Source: Candidatus Micrarchaeota archaeon
Lineage (GTDB): Archaea; B1Sed10-29; JAJSAI01
Assembly (NCBI GenBank): GCA_964625085.1
Contig: CAZVAJ010000001.1
Coordinates: 46,387-110,386 of the forward strand
Direction of reading: 5' to 3'
Length of the DNA: 64,000 nucleotides
In this document: positions 56,460 through 64,000 of the stretch, one piece after another
How positions within the stretch are numbered: position 1 is the first letter of the stretch
How the letters are laid out: the number at the start of each line of letters is the position of its first letter
The notes under the pieces: model-generated
What the model was told of the DNA's origin: nothing
Databases searched by the model: none
What the model saw: the letters and a program-made list of their open reading frames with translations, nothing else
Program-made: the position numbers and the translations under genes

Positions 56460-57464
56460 TCACAGGTCTATTTCTATTTTCCCGTCCTTTGTTTTACGGG
56501 CGTTGAGTTTCTCCAGTTCAGAGTACTTTTTATCCTTGAAAAGTTGGATTGCTTTGTTGATGATATGCTGTTTTTCCAGCATAGTGTCTGCAATTCTTTT
56601 TTCTTCTTCTGCTTTGTGCTGGTACTCTTCAAGCGTTTGCTTCTGTTTTTTCAGGATGCGTTCGAGCTTGTTGTCCTGTTCTGGCAGAAAGAGGTTGTTT
56701 GGCGGAAATTCTTCTTCCACTGCCTTGCTTGCGGTGGGATACCCTTTTTCCACTTCTTTTTCACCTATTTTCACTGGAAGGAGAATACCGTTCTGTTTTA
56801 CGGGTTTTGTTTCAGCGTTCAGCACAGATTTGAGCGCGTTTGCTATTTTTTCTGCATGCTCAGCAGAGTACTTTTTCAGGCCTGCTGGTATGCTAAGATA
56901 CTCTAAGAGGAGTTTTGCTGTTTCTTTTCCTACTGCCTTGGCAAGACCAGGCTCTCCGTGCAACTGCAGGTACTGCTCAAAGTGTTCTGATTCAGGGTCT
57001 GCTTCTTTTTTCGGGAAAATGTACTCTTTTCCGGGTTTTATTTTCCTGTCCCTCCATTCTTCTGATCTGAACACGAGCTTGATCAGGCTGTCTTCAAGCA
57101 GGATCATGTTCCCGTGAGAAAAAAGTTCAAGCACAAGTTTTTTGTTGCCGAAGTCAAACACCAGGATTCTGTCAGAGTCGTGTTGTGTTACTTTAACCAG
57201 TTTTTTTCCTGAAAGGTTCTTCCTGAGCATCATGACAAAATTGCTGGGCTTCTTCGGAGACGGGATTTTGTACTCTGTCAGGTTCACTAGTCCCGGCAGG
57301 CGTACTAGCACGTCCCGCCTGCCGTTTTTTGTTCTAAAGGACAGCTTGAATTCTTGAGGTCCTACCTGCTGTGCTTTGTCAAAGAATCCTCCTGAGAGCT
57401 CTTTATCAAGCTCTCTTGCCATGTGCCTCATAAGTACCGTGCTAAGCGTTCTCCAACCCTCCAT
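56460..57464 (-). CDS. Rqc2/NFACT-family protein, N-terminal portion only
   Basis: PSNFVMMLRKNL, QHDSDRILVFDF, LVLELFSHGNMIL, R.IKPG.EY.FP, short coiled coil. Confidence 0.85.
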   Translation of the reverse strand: MEGWRTLSTVLMRHMARELDKELSGGFFDKAQQVGPQEFKLSFRTKNGRRDVLVRLPGLVNLTEYKIPSPKKPSNFVMMLRKNLSGKKLVKVTQHDSDRILVFDFGNKKLVLELFSHGNMILLEDSLIKLVFRSEEWRDRKIKPGKEYIFPKKEADPESEHFEQYLQLHGEPGLAKAVGKETAKLLLEYLSIPAGLKKYSAEHAEKIANALKSVLNAETKPVKQNGILLPVKIGEKEVEKGYPTASKAVEEEFPPNNLFLPEQDNKLERILKKQKQTLEEYQHKAEEEKRIADTMLEKQHIINKAIQLFKDKKYSELEKLNARKTKDGKIEIDL

Positions 57465-58336
57465 TTTGACACTGTTTCATAAAGCAGGTCTCTTTTGAAA
57501 ACGAGCAGATATATCCCTCCAAACATGGATCCTACTGCGTGCACTAGGACGCTTGTAACCATCTGTTTTTCCCTGCTGATTCCCTGCTCTAAGTTCTTTT
57601 CTATTTCAAGTGTTTTGTTCTTTTCCTGAAGCACCTCTTTTTCCTCTTGCTGTTTTTCCAGCACTTTTGTTAGTGTGGTGTTTTTCTGTTTGCTGATGTT
57701 TTCTTTGATCATCACGTATTCCTCAGGGGTTATCATTCCCTCTTCAAGCTGTTTCTTTGCCTGTTCCTCTGTTTTGTTCAACTGTATGAGTTGTGTAAAA
57801 AGAAACTGTTTTTCTGCTGTTATGTTTTCGTGTTCTTGTTCTATCTGTTGAACCTGTTTAATTGCGTTCATATGCAGTGATTCTGAAAACCAGCCTAAGA
57901 GGGGCATCATCAGTACTACTGAGAAAAGCGCGACCAAGATGAGCCCCATTACCATTCTCCTGGGGCTTATTATGATCGCTGGAACCATCAAGCCTGCAAT
58001 GCATGCGCTTGCTCCAACCAGAGCTATTCCCGGGTTTAAGTAAGAGAACATGATTGCCCCTGCCGCTCCTGATCCGAAGTATATTGCAAGGTAGTCCTTA
58101 ACAGGAAGTTTTTGCTCGCATATTAGCCCAACAAGCACGAGCAAAACTAAGTTGCCGAACAAGTGCTTCAAACCAATGTGCGCGAACTCGTAGGTGAACA
58201 GCCCTGGGAGGAAATTGTTCCAGTAGAAGCTCAGGCTTACAAGGGTATCCTGTTTTATGTACAACTGTGCATTACTGAAAAAAAAGTATACGGCCATTGT
58301 GAGTAATACCAAGAATAAAGTGAGCTTGAACCTCAT
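57428..58336 (-). CDS. rhomboid intramembrane serine protease with coiled-coil insertion
   Basis: FAH....HLFGN, catalytic GAS (VGASA), distal His HAVGSMFG; long Q/E/K-rich insert. Confidence 0.85.
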   Translation of the reverse strand: MRFKLTLFLVLLTMAVYFFFSNAQLYIKQDTLVSLSFYWNNFLPGLFTYEFAHIGLKHLFGNLVLLVLVGLICEQKLPVKDYLAIYFGSGAAGAIMFSYLNPGIALVGASACIAGLMVPAIIISPRRMVMGLILVALFSVVLMMPLLGWFSESLHMNAIKQVQQIEQEHENITAEKQFLFTQLIQLNKTEEQAKKQLEEGMITPEEYVMIKENISKQKNTTLTKVLEKQQEEKEVLQEKNKTLEIEKNLEQGISREKQMVTSVLVHAVGSMFGGIYLLVFKRDLLYETVSKWRVGERLARYL

Positions 58337-58371
58337 AAAAAAAATAGGGTGTGGGGAAATAAAAAGGGTTT

Positions 58372-59580
58372 TCAAGCAAGGTGTTTTGCTGCTTTTAAGG
58401 CGATTTTAGGTGCCTTGGCGAGGAACTTCAGAAATGCGGCCGTCCTCTTGCCATCAGCAAAATCAAGCAGAAGTTGCTTGTCATCAAGGATATCTGCAAA
58501 TTTTTCCAGGTCATTATCATTCAGTTCCTCGAAAAACTTTCTGACCTTCAGAACCTGCAGCAGCTGGTTGCCTCTTTTCTCGTACCATTTTTCTGCAAAT
58601 TCTTTCAGAACGTTTTCTGACACGTCTTTGGCCTTAACTGCTTTTTCTGCTATCTCTGCTGCAAGGATTCCTGCTTCCATTCCTGTGCCTATTCCTCCTC
58701 CGTGTATTGGGTTCACCATGTGTGCAGCGTCTCCTATTATAATCAAGCCGTTAGCGTAGGGCTTTTTCAGAGGCGCCCCTACAGGGATTCCTCCTGCGTT
58801 TGTTTCCACGATTCCTGCGTCCTTGAATATCTCAGGATTGGCTTGTATGAACTTGTCAAGGTACTCTTTTGATGTTCCTTCATCCACATAGCCTCCTATC
58901 CCTATTCCGACGTTGGCGTGGTCCTCTCCTTTTGGGAATATCCAAACGTATCCTCTTGGGGCCACGTCCCAGCCAAAGTACAGGTGTATCATATCCTTGG
59001 GTTCAGGGATATTCAGACCAACCATCTCGTACTGGTATCCTGAATCTATTTCAGTAGCCGGGTTCACTGTGTTTACTCCTGCATACTTTGCAGTCTTGCT
59101 GTCCACACCGTCAGCAGCTATTACCATCTTGGCCATTACTTCAAAAACTCCGTCAGGAGTTTCTACTATTACCCCTTTGACCGTGTCTTCTTCTTTTATT
59201 ACTCCAGTAACCCTTGCTTTTGTGATCATTCTGGCGCCTGCCCTGACCGCTTCTTCAGCAAGCCACTTGTCAAAGACTCTTCTTTCTATTATCCATCCTT
59301 TTGTTGGGGTGGGGATCACAACCTTTTTTCCTGTAGGTGACCAGAGTGTTGCGCCGTGCATTTCATACCTGGTCCATTTTGGGTCAGGGGTTATTCCTGC
59401 TATCTTGCACCAGCCTTCTCCTAGGCCTTCTCCGCACCTTTTAGGAACTCCTACTTCCTGTCTTTTTTCTAGTGCAAGTGTTTTCAGCCCTCTTTTAGCA
59501 CATTCTCTTGCAGCAGTGCTTCCGGCAGGGCCTGCTCCCACCACTATGACATCGTACTCTTCCTGAAGCCATTTTTTCAT
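58372..59580 (-). CDS. digeranylgeranylglycerophospholipid reductase (GGR family)
   Basis: VVGAGPAGS, G.PKRCGEG, ADGVDS, PRGYVWIFPKG, IGDAA..VNPIHGGGI. Confidence 0.92.
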   Translation of the reverse strand: MKKWLQEEYDVIVVGAGPAGSTAARECAKRGLKTLALEKRQEVGVPKRCGEGLGEGWCKIAGITPDPKWTRYEMHGATLWSPTGKKVVIPTPTKGWIIERRVFDKWLAEEAVRAGARMITKARVTGVIKEEDTVKGVIVETPDGVFEVMAKMVIAADGVDSKTAKYAGVNTVNPATEIDSGYQYEMVGLNIPEPKDMIHLYFGWDVAPRGYVWIFPKGEDHANVGIGIGGYVDEGTSKEYLDKFIQANPEIFKDAGIVETNAGGIPVGAPLKKPYANGLIIIGDAAHMVNPIHGGGIGTGMEAGILAAEIAEKAVKAKDVSENVLKEFAEKWYEKRGNQLLQVLKVRKFFEELNDNDLEKFADILDDKQLLLDFADGKRTAAFLKFLAKAPKIALKAAKHLA

Positions 59581-59762
59581 TCTTTCACCACCTTTATTGC
59601 TCCTGCTGGGCAGAATCGCTCGCATGCGCCGCAGTATATGCACTTTTCAGGATCCCATTCTATGTACGTCTCCTTAAGTTCCAGCGCGTTAACAGGGCAT
59701 ACTGCAGTGCACCCTCCGCAGTACATGCACTTGGTTTTGTCTATCACAACTTGTTTTGTCAT
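59577..59762 (-). CDS. 2[4Fe-4S] ferredoxin
   Basis: CMYCGGCTAVCP and CIYCGACERFCP; overlaps GGR start. Confidence 0.93.
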   Translation of the reverse strand: MTKQVVIDKTKCMYCGGCTAVCPVNALELKETYIEWDPEKCIYCGACERFCPAGAIKVVKE

Positions 59763-60166
59763 ACCTGCACCTCCAGTAACTTTGAAAGGTAAACGTCAAG
59801 CTTTTTCATGTTCTTCTCAAACTTTTTCAGCGTGCTTGTTTTCTGATAGTCTTTCATTTCCCTAAGGAACGGTTCCACGTAATCCTTCTTTATAGCTTGT
59901 AAAAAGTTTTTCATTATTTTAGGAAGGTCTGCATCAGTGTAGTAAAAGAATGTTCTTTGTAGTTTCTTTTTTTTCACGAGCCTTATCTTCTCAAGTTCGT
60001 CAAGAGCAATGCTTACTGCAGGCACAGAATAGCCTGCTGCCTTTGCTATCTGTTTTTGAGTCATCTCCTCTTCTGAGAGCAGAAGGGACCCAAAAACCCT
60101 ACCATGCACTGCGGAAAGACCTCTTGCTTTGAACAGAACCTCAAAATTGGCAAGAACATCCATCAC
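59759..60166 (-). CDS. GbsR/MarR-family transcriptional regulator
   Basis: GLS...GRVFG.LLLS...MT...IA...GYS...VS..L..L....LV wHTH pattern. Confidence 0.82.
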   Translation of the reverse strand: MMDVLANFEVLFKARGLSAVHGRVFGSLLLSEEEMTQKQIAKAAGYSVPAVSIALDELEKIRLVKKKKLQRTFFYYTDADLPKIMKNFLQAIKKDYVEPFLREMKDYQKTSTLKKFEKNMKKLDVYLSKLLEVQV

Positions 60167-60187
60167 AGATTTTATAATTTTATTAAT

Positions 60188-60880
60188 TTATAAAACTATC
60201 TTAACAGCTTCTAACAGCACAAGACCTGCGAAGAACGCGGTCACAGCTCTTTTGTCTTTCATTCTGGGCACGAGGTCTGCCGCACTTATGTAGATGAACC
60301 CTCCTGCTGAGAACGCGAGGGCCTGAGGAACCACTCCTACGATAGCAAACCAGCCTAAGAGCCCTCCAAAAACGCATGATAGCTGGGAAACAAAATTGTA
60401 CACCAATGCATTAGCTGGTTTGAATCCCCCTTGAACGAGTATTCCAAAGTCCCCTAATTCCTGTGGCACTTCGTGCAGTATTATAAGTCCTGTGGTGATC
60501 CAACCGAACAGGGGACTTACCAGAAAGCTGGCTCCTATTATCACACCGTCAAAAAAGTTATGTACCCCGTCAGCTAGGAGTATCATGTACGTGAATGGCT
60601 CGGCCTTGCACCCGCACTTGTGCCATTTCAGAAAAAATTCTAGTAGGAAAAAAACAGAAAACCCAGTTAGGAAAAACAGTACTGCAACGTCTGTTTCGGT
60701 TCTTTCAAGGGATTCTGCGAATAAGTGAGCCATACCCCCAACAAGCAAGGCCCCTGCAGCAAAAGCAGCCAGCAAGGAGGATGTTCTTTCAAGATTCTTG
60801 ACTTTTAGAACTGCTGCCCCCACCAGGGCAACAGCACTATCTGCAAGCGTGGCAAGCAGTACTTGTAACAACCAAGTCAC
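60188..60880 (-). CDS. ZIP-family metal transporter
   Basis: AFAAGALL, DGVHNFFDG, HEVPQELGDFGIL, AGGFIYI.A.DL.P. Confidence 0.93.
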   Translation of the reverse strand: MTWLLQVLLATLADSAVALVGAAVLKVKNLERTSSLLAAFAAGALLVGGMAHLFAESLERTETDVAVLFFLTGFSVFFLLEFFLKWHKCGCKAEPFTYMILLADGVHNFFDGVIIGASFLVSPLFGWITTGLIILHEVPQELGDFGILVQGGFKPANALVYNFVSQLSCVFGGLLGWFAIVGVVPQALAFSAGGFIYISAADLVPRMKDKRAVTAFFAGLVLLEAVKIVL

Positions 60881-62265
60881 TCCTTTTGCTTGTACTCCTG
60901 GTCGTTGAACTCGTACAAGATGCTTACTGGAGACGTGTCCTCTGCTTTGAACACCTTCATTATTTCCTCCCTGCTCGTAGCAGAATACTTGTCAAAGTCA
61001 TGCTTGTGGTTCGGGTCAAGCCAGTAGACTTTGGCAGCGTGCTTGAGCTCAACAACTGGAATGTTTGTGCCGTCAGACATCTGCAGTATTAGAACCCTTG
61101 CGTCAGCCCCGAGCGCTTCAAGAACTGAGCAAAGCAGTATTGCCTTGTCCTCGTAGTCCGCGATCTTTTTTTCAAGCATGTCCTCTATCTTCATCCAGAA
61201 AGTAACGCCGATTCCCGGAACCGAAGCAATCCGTTCGGTAATCCTTTCATACGCCATGCGGCAGGCTTTTAACAGATCGCGGTCAGGAGAGTACTCCGGG
61301 ATCTCTGAAGTGATTATCTCAGCTATTTCAAGGACTTTTTTGTTCTTAGGCTGAACACTTGCCTTTACGTCTTGTATTGTTCTTGCCTCGTTAGTTTCAA
61401 TATAGTCAGAGTATCTTTCAAGGGCTGTCTGAAGCAACAGGAGTTTATGATAGTATTCATCCATTCTTTGCTTTGCTTTCTCAAACTTTTCCTCAAGTTC
61501 TCTTTCTTCAGATGCAACCTCTGAAGCCATTTTTTCAAGTTCTTCTTTTGTCTTTCCTGTTTTCTCAAGTTCTTTCTCGTGCACCCATGCCTTTTTCTTG
61601 TACTCTTTTTCTCTTTTTGACACTTCAAGCAGCTTGTCTTCAAGTGTTTTCTTTTCCTGCTTGAGTGACTCAAGTTCTTTTTGCAGGGCTGCTATCTTTT
61701 TGCTCGCCTGGTCAATCCGCGATTCCATTTCAAGCATTTTCTCCTTGTGCTCTTCCTCCATATTTTGATTTATATCTTCAAGTTCTTCTTTCGCTTCCTC
61801 TGTTACTTTTAGTTTTCTCCTGAGCGCGTCAAGAGTTTTTTCGAGCTCAAGAACCTTTGCCTGTAGTTTTTTCTTGTCCTCTTGCAGGGTAATAAGATAG
61901 TTTAGTTTTTTGCCTTCAACAGCACTTTCCTGCTTGAGAATGTTCTTGTAGTACGGGAGTGCAAGTCTGCTGACCACATTGTCTATCTCTTTATCAACAG
62001 AATCTATTTTTTTCTTGAGCCTGTTAGCTTGATCTGCGTACTGTTGAGTGCTTATCTTCCCGTACTTTTTAGCATCATCAAGCACCTCAAGCATTGAAAG
62101 GTACTTAGCCTTACGTTTTATAAGCAGGTTGAACTGGTTATACAAAGCGTCCATTTCCTTCTGGGAAGGACCTGCTTCTTTACGGATGCGATAGATCAAG
62201 ACAAGCATGAATACTGCTAATGCCGCAACTCCTGCTATCCCCACTACTAGAAGGATGTCTGCCAT
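60877..62265 (-). CDS. membrane-anchored long coiled-coil protein with C-terminal transglutaminase-like domain
   Basis: N-terminal TM, long heptad region, FW....ML....ADYEDKAILLCSVL..LG, WLDP. Confidence 0.75.
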   Translation of the reverse strand: MADILLVVGIAGVAALAVFMLVLIYRIRKEAGPSQKEMDALYNQFNLLIKRKAKYLSMLEVLDDAKKYGKISTQQYADQANRLKKKIDSVDKEIDNVVSRLALPYYKNILKQESAVEGKKLNYLITLQEDKKKLQAKVLELEKTLDALRRKLKVTEEAKEELEDINQNMEEEHKEKMLEMESRIDQASKKIAALQKELESLKQEKKTLEDKLLEVSKREKEYKKKAWVHEKELEKTGKTKEELEKMASEVASEERELEEKFEKAKQRMDEYYHKLLLLQTALERYSDYIETNEARTIQDVKASVQPKNKKVLEIAEIITSEIPEYSPDRDLLKACRMAYERITERIASVPGIGVTFWMKIEDMLEKKIADYEDKAILLCSVLEALGADARVLILQMSDGTNIPVVELKHAAKVYWLDPNHKHDFDKYSATSREEIMKVFKAEDTSPVSILYEFNDQEYKQKE

Positions 62266-62318
62266 TATCTTGAATAAGTTCAGCGGGTTTAAAAAACCTG
62301 TCCAATTTAAATCAAAGC

Positions 62319-63626
62319 ATGAAGCTAACGTTCTTGGGCGCGTGCCAGGAAGTGGGACGCTCAGCCATACTGGTGGAAGACAAAAAAGATAGTATTCTGC
62401 TGGATTGTGGTGTAAAACTGGGCGAACCAAAACAGTATCCTGAAATAGACAGAGATGCTGCAAGAAAGTTGGCAGCAGTTTTTGTAACACACGCTCATCT
62501 TGACCACTCAGGGTTCTTGCCGGATCTTGCCGGGCTTGGTTTCAAAGGAAAGGTCTACTCCACCAAGCCCACGTTCGATCTTGTCCAGCTTCTTTTAGCA
62601 GACTACTACCGGCTGGGGGTAATGAAAGAAAACATAAAATTTTCCCAGCGTGATGTTAAGAATATTCTCTCCAGGTTTTCCTTTATGGAGTACAAGAAAC
62701 CTGTCCGCGTTGCAGGGTTCCAGGTGACCGCGTACAACGCAGGACACATTCTTGGAGCTGCAGGGTTCATGGTGCAAAAGAACAAGAAAAAGGTGTATTA
62801 CACTGGAGACATGAACACCCGGGAAACAAATCTTTTGCACGGCGCAGAAAAGAAGATCCCAAGACCTGACTATATCGTGTCAGAGTCAACATACTCCGGG
62901 CCTGAGGACATTCTGCCCAGCCTGAAAACAGTGTCAAAAGAGCTTGCTGAAACACTTAAGCAGACCCCCGGAAAAGCGCTTGTTCCTGTTTTCGGTGTTG
63001 GAAGAGGACAAGAAGTAATGATGATAATAGACAACTACGTGAGGTCAGGCTTTTTGTCTCATGAACAGGGGTATGCTGACGGGATGGTGAAAAAGGCCAG
63101 CAGGATATACCGTCATAACGTGCTCTGGCTCAAGCCAGAAATACCCCGGAGAATACTGCTTGCGGACGACGATCCTTTCAAATCAAAATTCTGGAAGACC
63201 CCCCGAACAAAGGACAAGTCTGACGTCCTCTCAAAAGACAGAGCAGTGATAGTCAGCACGAGCGGAATGCTCACAGGAGGACCAAGCGTGCACTACCTGA
63301 AAAAACTGGCTGCCAACAAGAACAATGCAGTTATCCTGGTGGGATACCAGGCAGAAGGCACTCTTGGAAGGAAAATTGCAGAAGGCGAGAAACACGTGAT
63401 CATAGATGACGAAGAGGTTGAAATAAAGCTTAAGGTAAAACAGCTGAGGCTCTCAGCCCATGCTGACAAGAATGATCTGATGAACTGGCTTAAGGAAAAC
63501 AAGCCAAAAGAACAGGTTTTTCTGGTGCACGGGGAAAAAGAAAAGCAGCAGAAGTTCTCAAGAACCCTAGAACGAAAAGGAATACCTAACAGCGTTCCAG
63601 AGTTGGGGGAAGAAGTTGAAATCTAA
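62319..63626 (+). CDS. beta-CASP metallo-beta-lactamase ribonuclease lacking KH domains (aCPSF1b/aCPSF2-like)
   Basis: FLGACQEVGRS, THAHLDHSG, NAGHILG, ESTY, SGMLTGG, SAHAD, LVHGE. Confidence 0.92.
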   Translation: MKLTFLGACQEVGRSAILVEDKKDSILLDCGVKLGEPKQYPEIDRDAARKLAAVFVTHAHLDHSGFLPDLAGLGFKGKVYSTKPTFDLVQLLLADYYRLGVMKENIKFSQRDVKNILSRFSFMEYKKPVRVAGFQVTAYNAGHILGAAGFMVQKNKKKVYYTGDMNTRETNLLHGAEKKIPRPDYIVSESTYSGPEDILPSLKTVSKELAETLKQTPGKALVPVFGVGRGQEVMMIIDNYVRSGFLSHEQGYADGMVKKASRIYRHNVLWLKPEIPRRILLADDDPFKSKFWKTPRTKDKSDVLSKDRAVIVSTSGMLTGGPSVHYLKKLAANKNNAVILVGYQAEGTLGRKIAEGEKHVIIDDEEVEIKLKVKQLRLSAHADKNDLMNWLKENKPKEQVFLVHGEKEKQQKFSRTLERKGIPNSVPELGEEVEI

Positions 63627-64000
63627 TCTCTGTGAACTGGTTTGGCGAACATTAAAGACAAGGACGCAAAAGCAGCCATTCCGAAAATAAAATTGAATGA
63701 TGAAAACCAAAAAAGGAAAAGTGCGGCTATCACCCTTCCTGCGCACAGAGAAACCTCTCTTATGGTCATCCACGCAAACGGATCCTTTTTGGAGTACTCT
63801 GAAAAGAACGCGAACAGCGGGGTGCCAAGCATTGCTCCAGAGAACCCCAACAAAATCGAAACAATCGACATCATAACAAGGTCATTAGCTGTCAGCGCAA
63901 GAAACCACACAACCGCGCTGAGCAAAGCTCCTGCTTTCAACAGAAACAGTCTTGAGACCCTGTCAGAAACCTTGCCGTAGAAGTATCTGAATACTATGAG
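63623..64000 (-). CDS. MFS transporter, C-terminal part (runs off the window)
   Basis: Frame continues past 63940 with motif-A-like YGKVSDRVSR; hydrophobic helices; RE...GR. Confidence 0.7.
   Translation of the reverse strand, partial: LIVFRYFYGKVSDRVSRLFLLKAGALLSAVVWFLALTANDLVMMSIVSILLGFSGAMLGTPLFAFFSEYSKKDPFAWMTIREVSLCAGRVIAALFLFWFSSFNFIFGMAAFASLSLMFAKPVHRD

Noticed and set aside
62266..62490. N-terminal extension of the 537-aa ORF
   Set aside because: It is antisense to the beta-CASP gene; the real start is probably ATG 62265, just before the TM helix.
1..64000. Numerous 60-220 aa ORFs antisense to or nested in recognised genes (e.g. 907..1482, 2181..2837, 35823..36452, 58913..59566)
   Set aside because: They are Ser/Phe/Ile-rich shadows expected from A-rich coding strands, with no motifs.
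1..64000. tRNA, rRNA, CRISPR array, IS/transposase, integrase or known defence operon
   Set aside because: No T-loop/cloverleaf, regularly spaced repeats or recombinase motifs were seen, and intergenic gaps are almost all under 220 bp. A tRNAscan/Infernal run would be needed to exclude small RNAs fully.

Overview
Gene-dense archaeal chromosomal window with about 80 CDS, very short intergenic spaces and frequent start/stop overlaps. The compact genes and shuffled superoperons suggest a DPANN-type lineage; this is inference, not a placement. It is mostly housekeeping: translation (rps6e, aIF2-gamma, rps24e, rps27ae, rps15, rps3ae, TyrRS, AsnRS, NAC, Nog1, AK6), transcription and RNA processing (Rpo7, Spt4, aCPSF1/FttA, a second beta-CASP), tRNA modification (Kae1, Bud32, TrmI, TgtA, Tyw1), replication and repair (two Orc1/Cdc6 paralogs, PolD DP1 and DP2 with a 474-aa LAGLIDADG intein, Hel308, NucS), division (SepF, PRC-barrel), SecDF, proteasome beta, lipid genes (CarS, GGR plus ferredoxin) and a ThyX-Tmk-GlyA dTMP cluster. 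The most unusual items are: (i) a compact group-4 [NiFe]-hydrogenase operon whose only antiporter-like subunit is about half size and lacks several canonical charged residues, with an unannotated 51-aa membrane subunit and a HypC-like-tailed neighbour; (ii) a DUF92-CarS-archaeosortase string that may link lipid salvage to protein lipid anchoring; (iii) structured non-coding segments upstream of rps15 and polD; (iv) a CDIN1/C15orf41-like nuclease; (v) a rhomboid with a long coiled-coil insert joined to a truncated Rqc2. No tRNA, rRNA, CRISPR array or IS element was recognised. All family calls are by motif recognition, without database searches.
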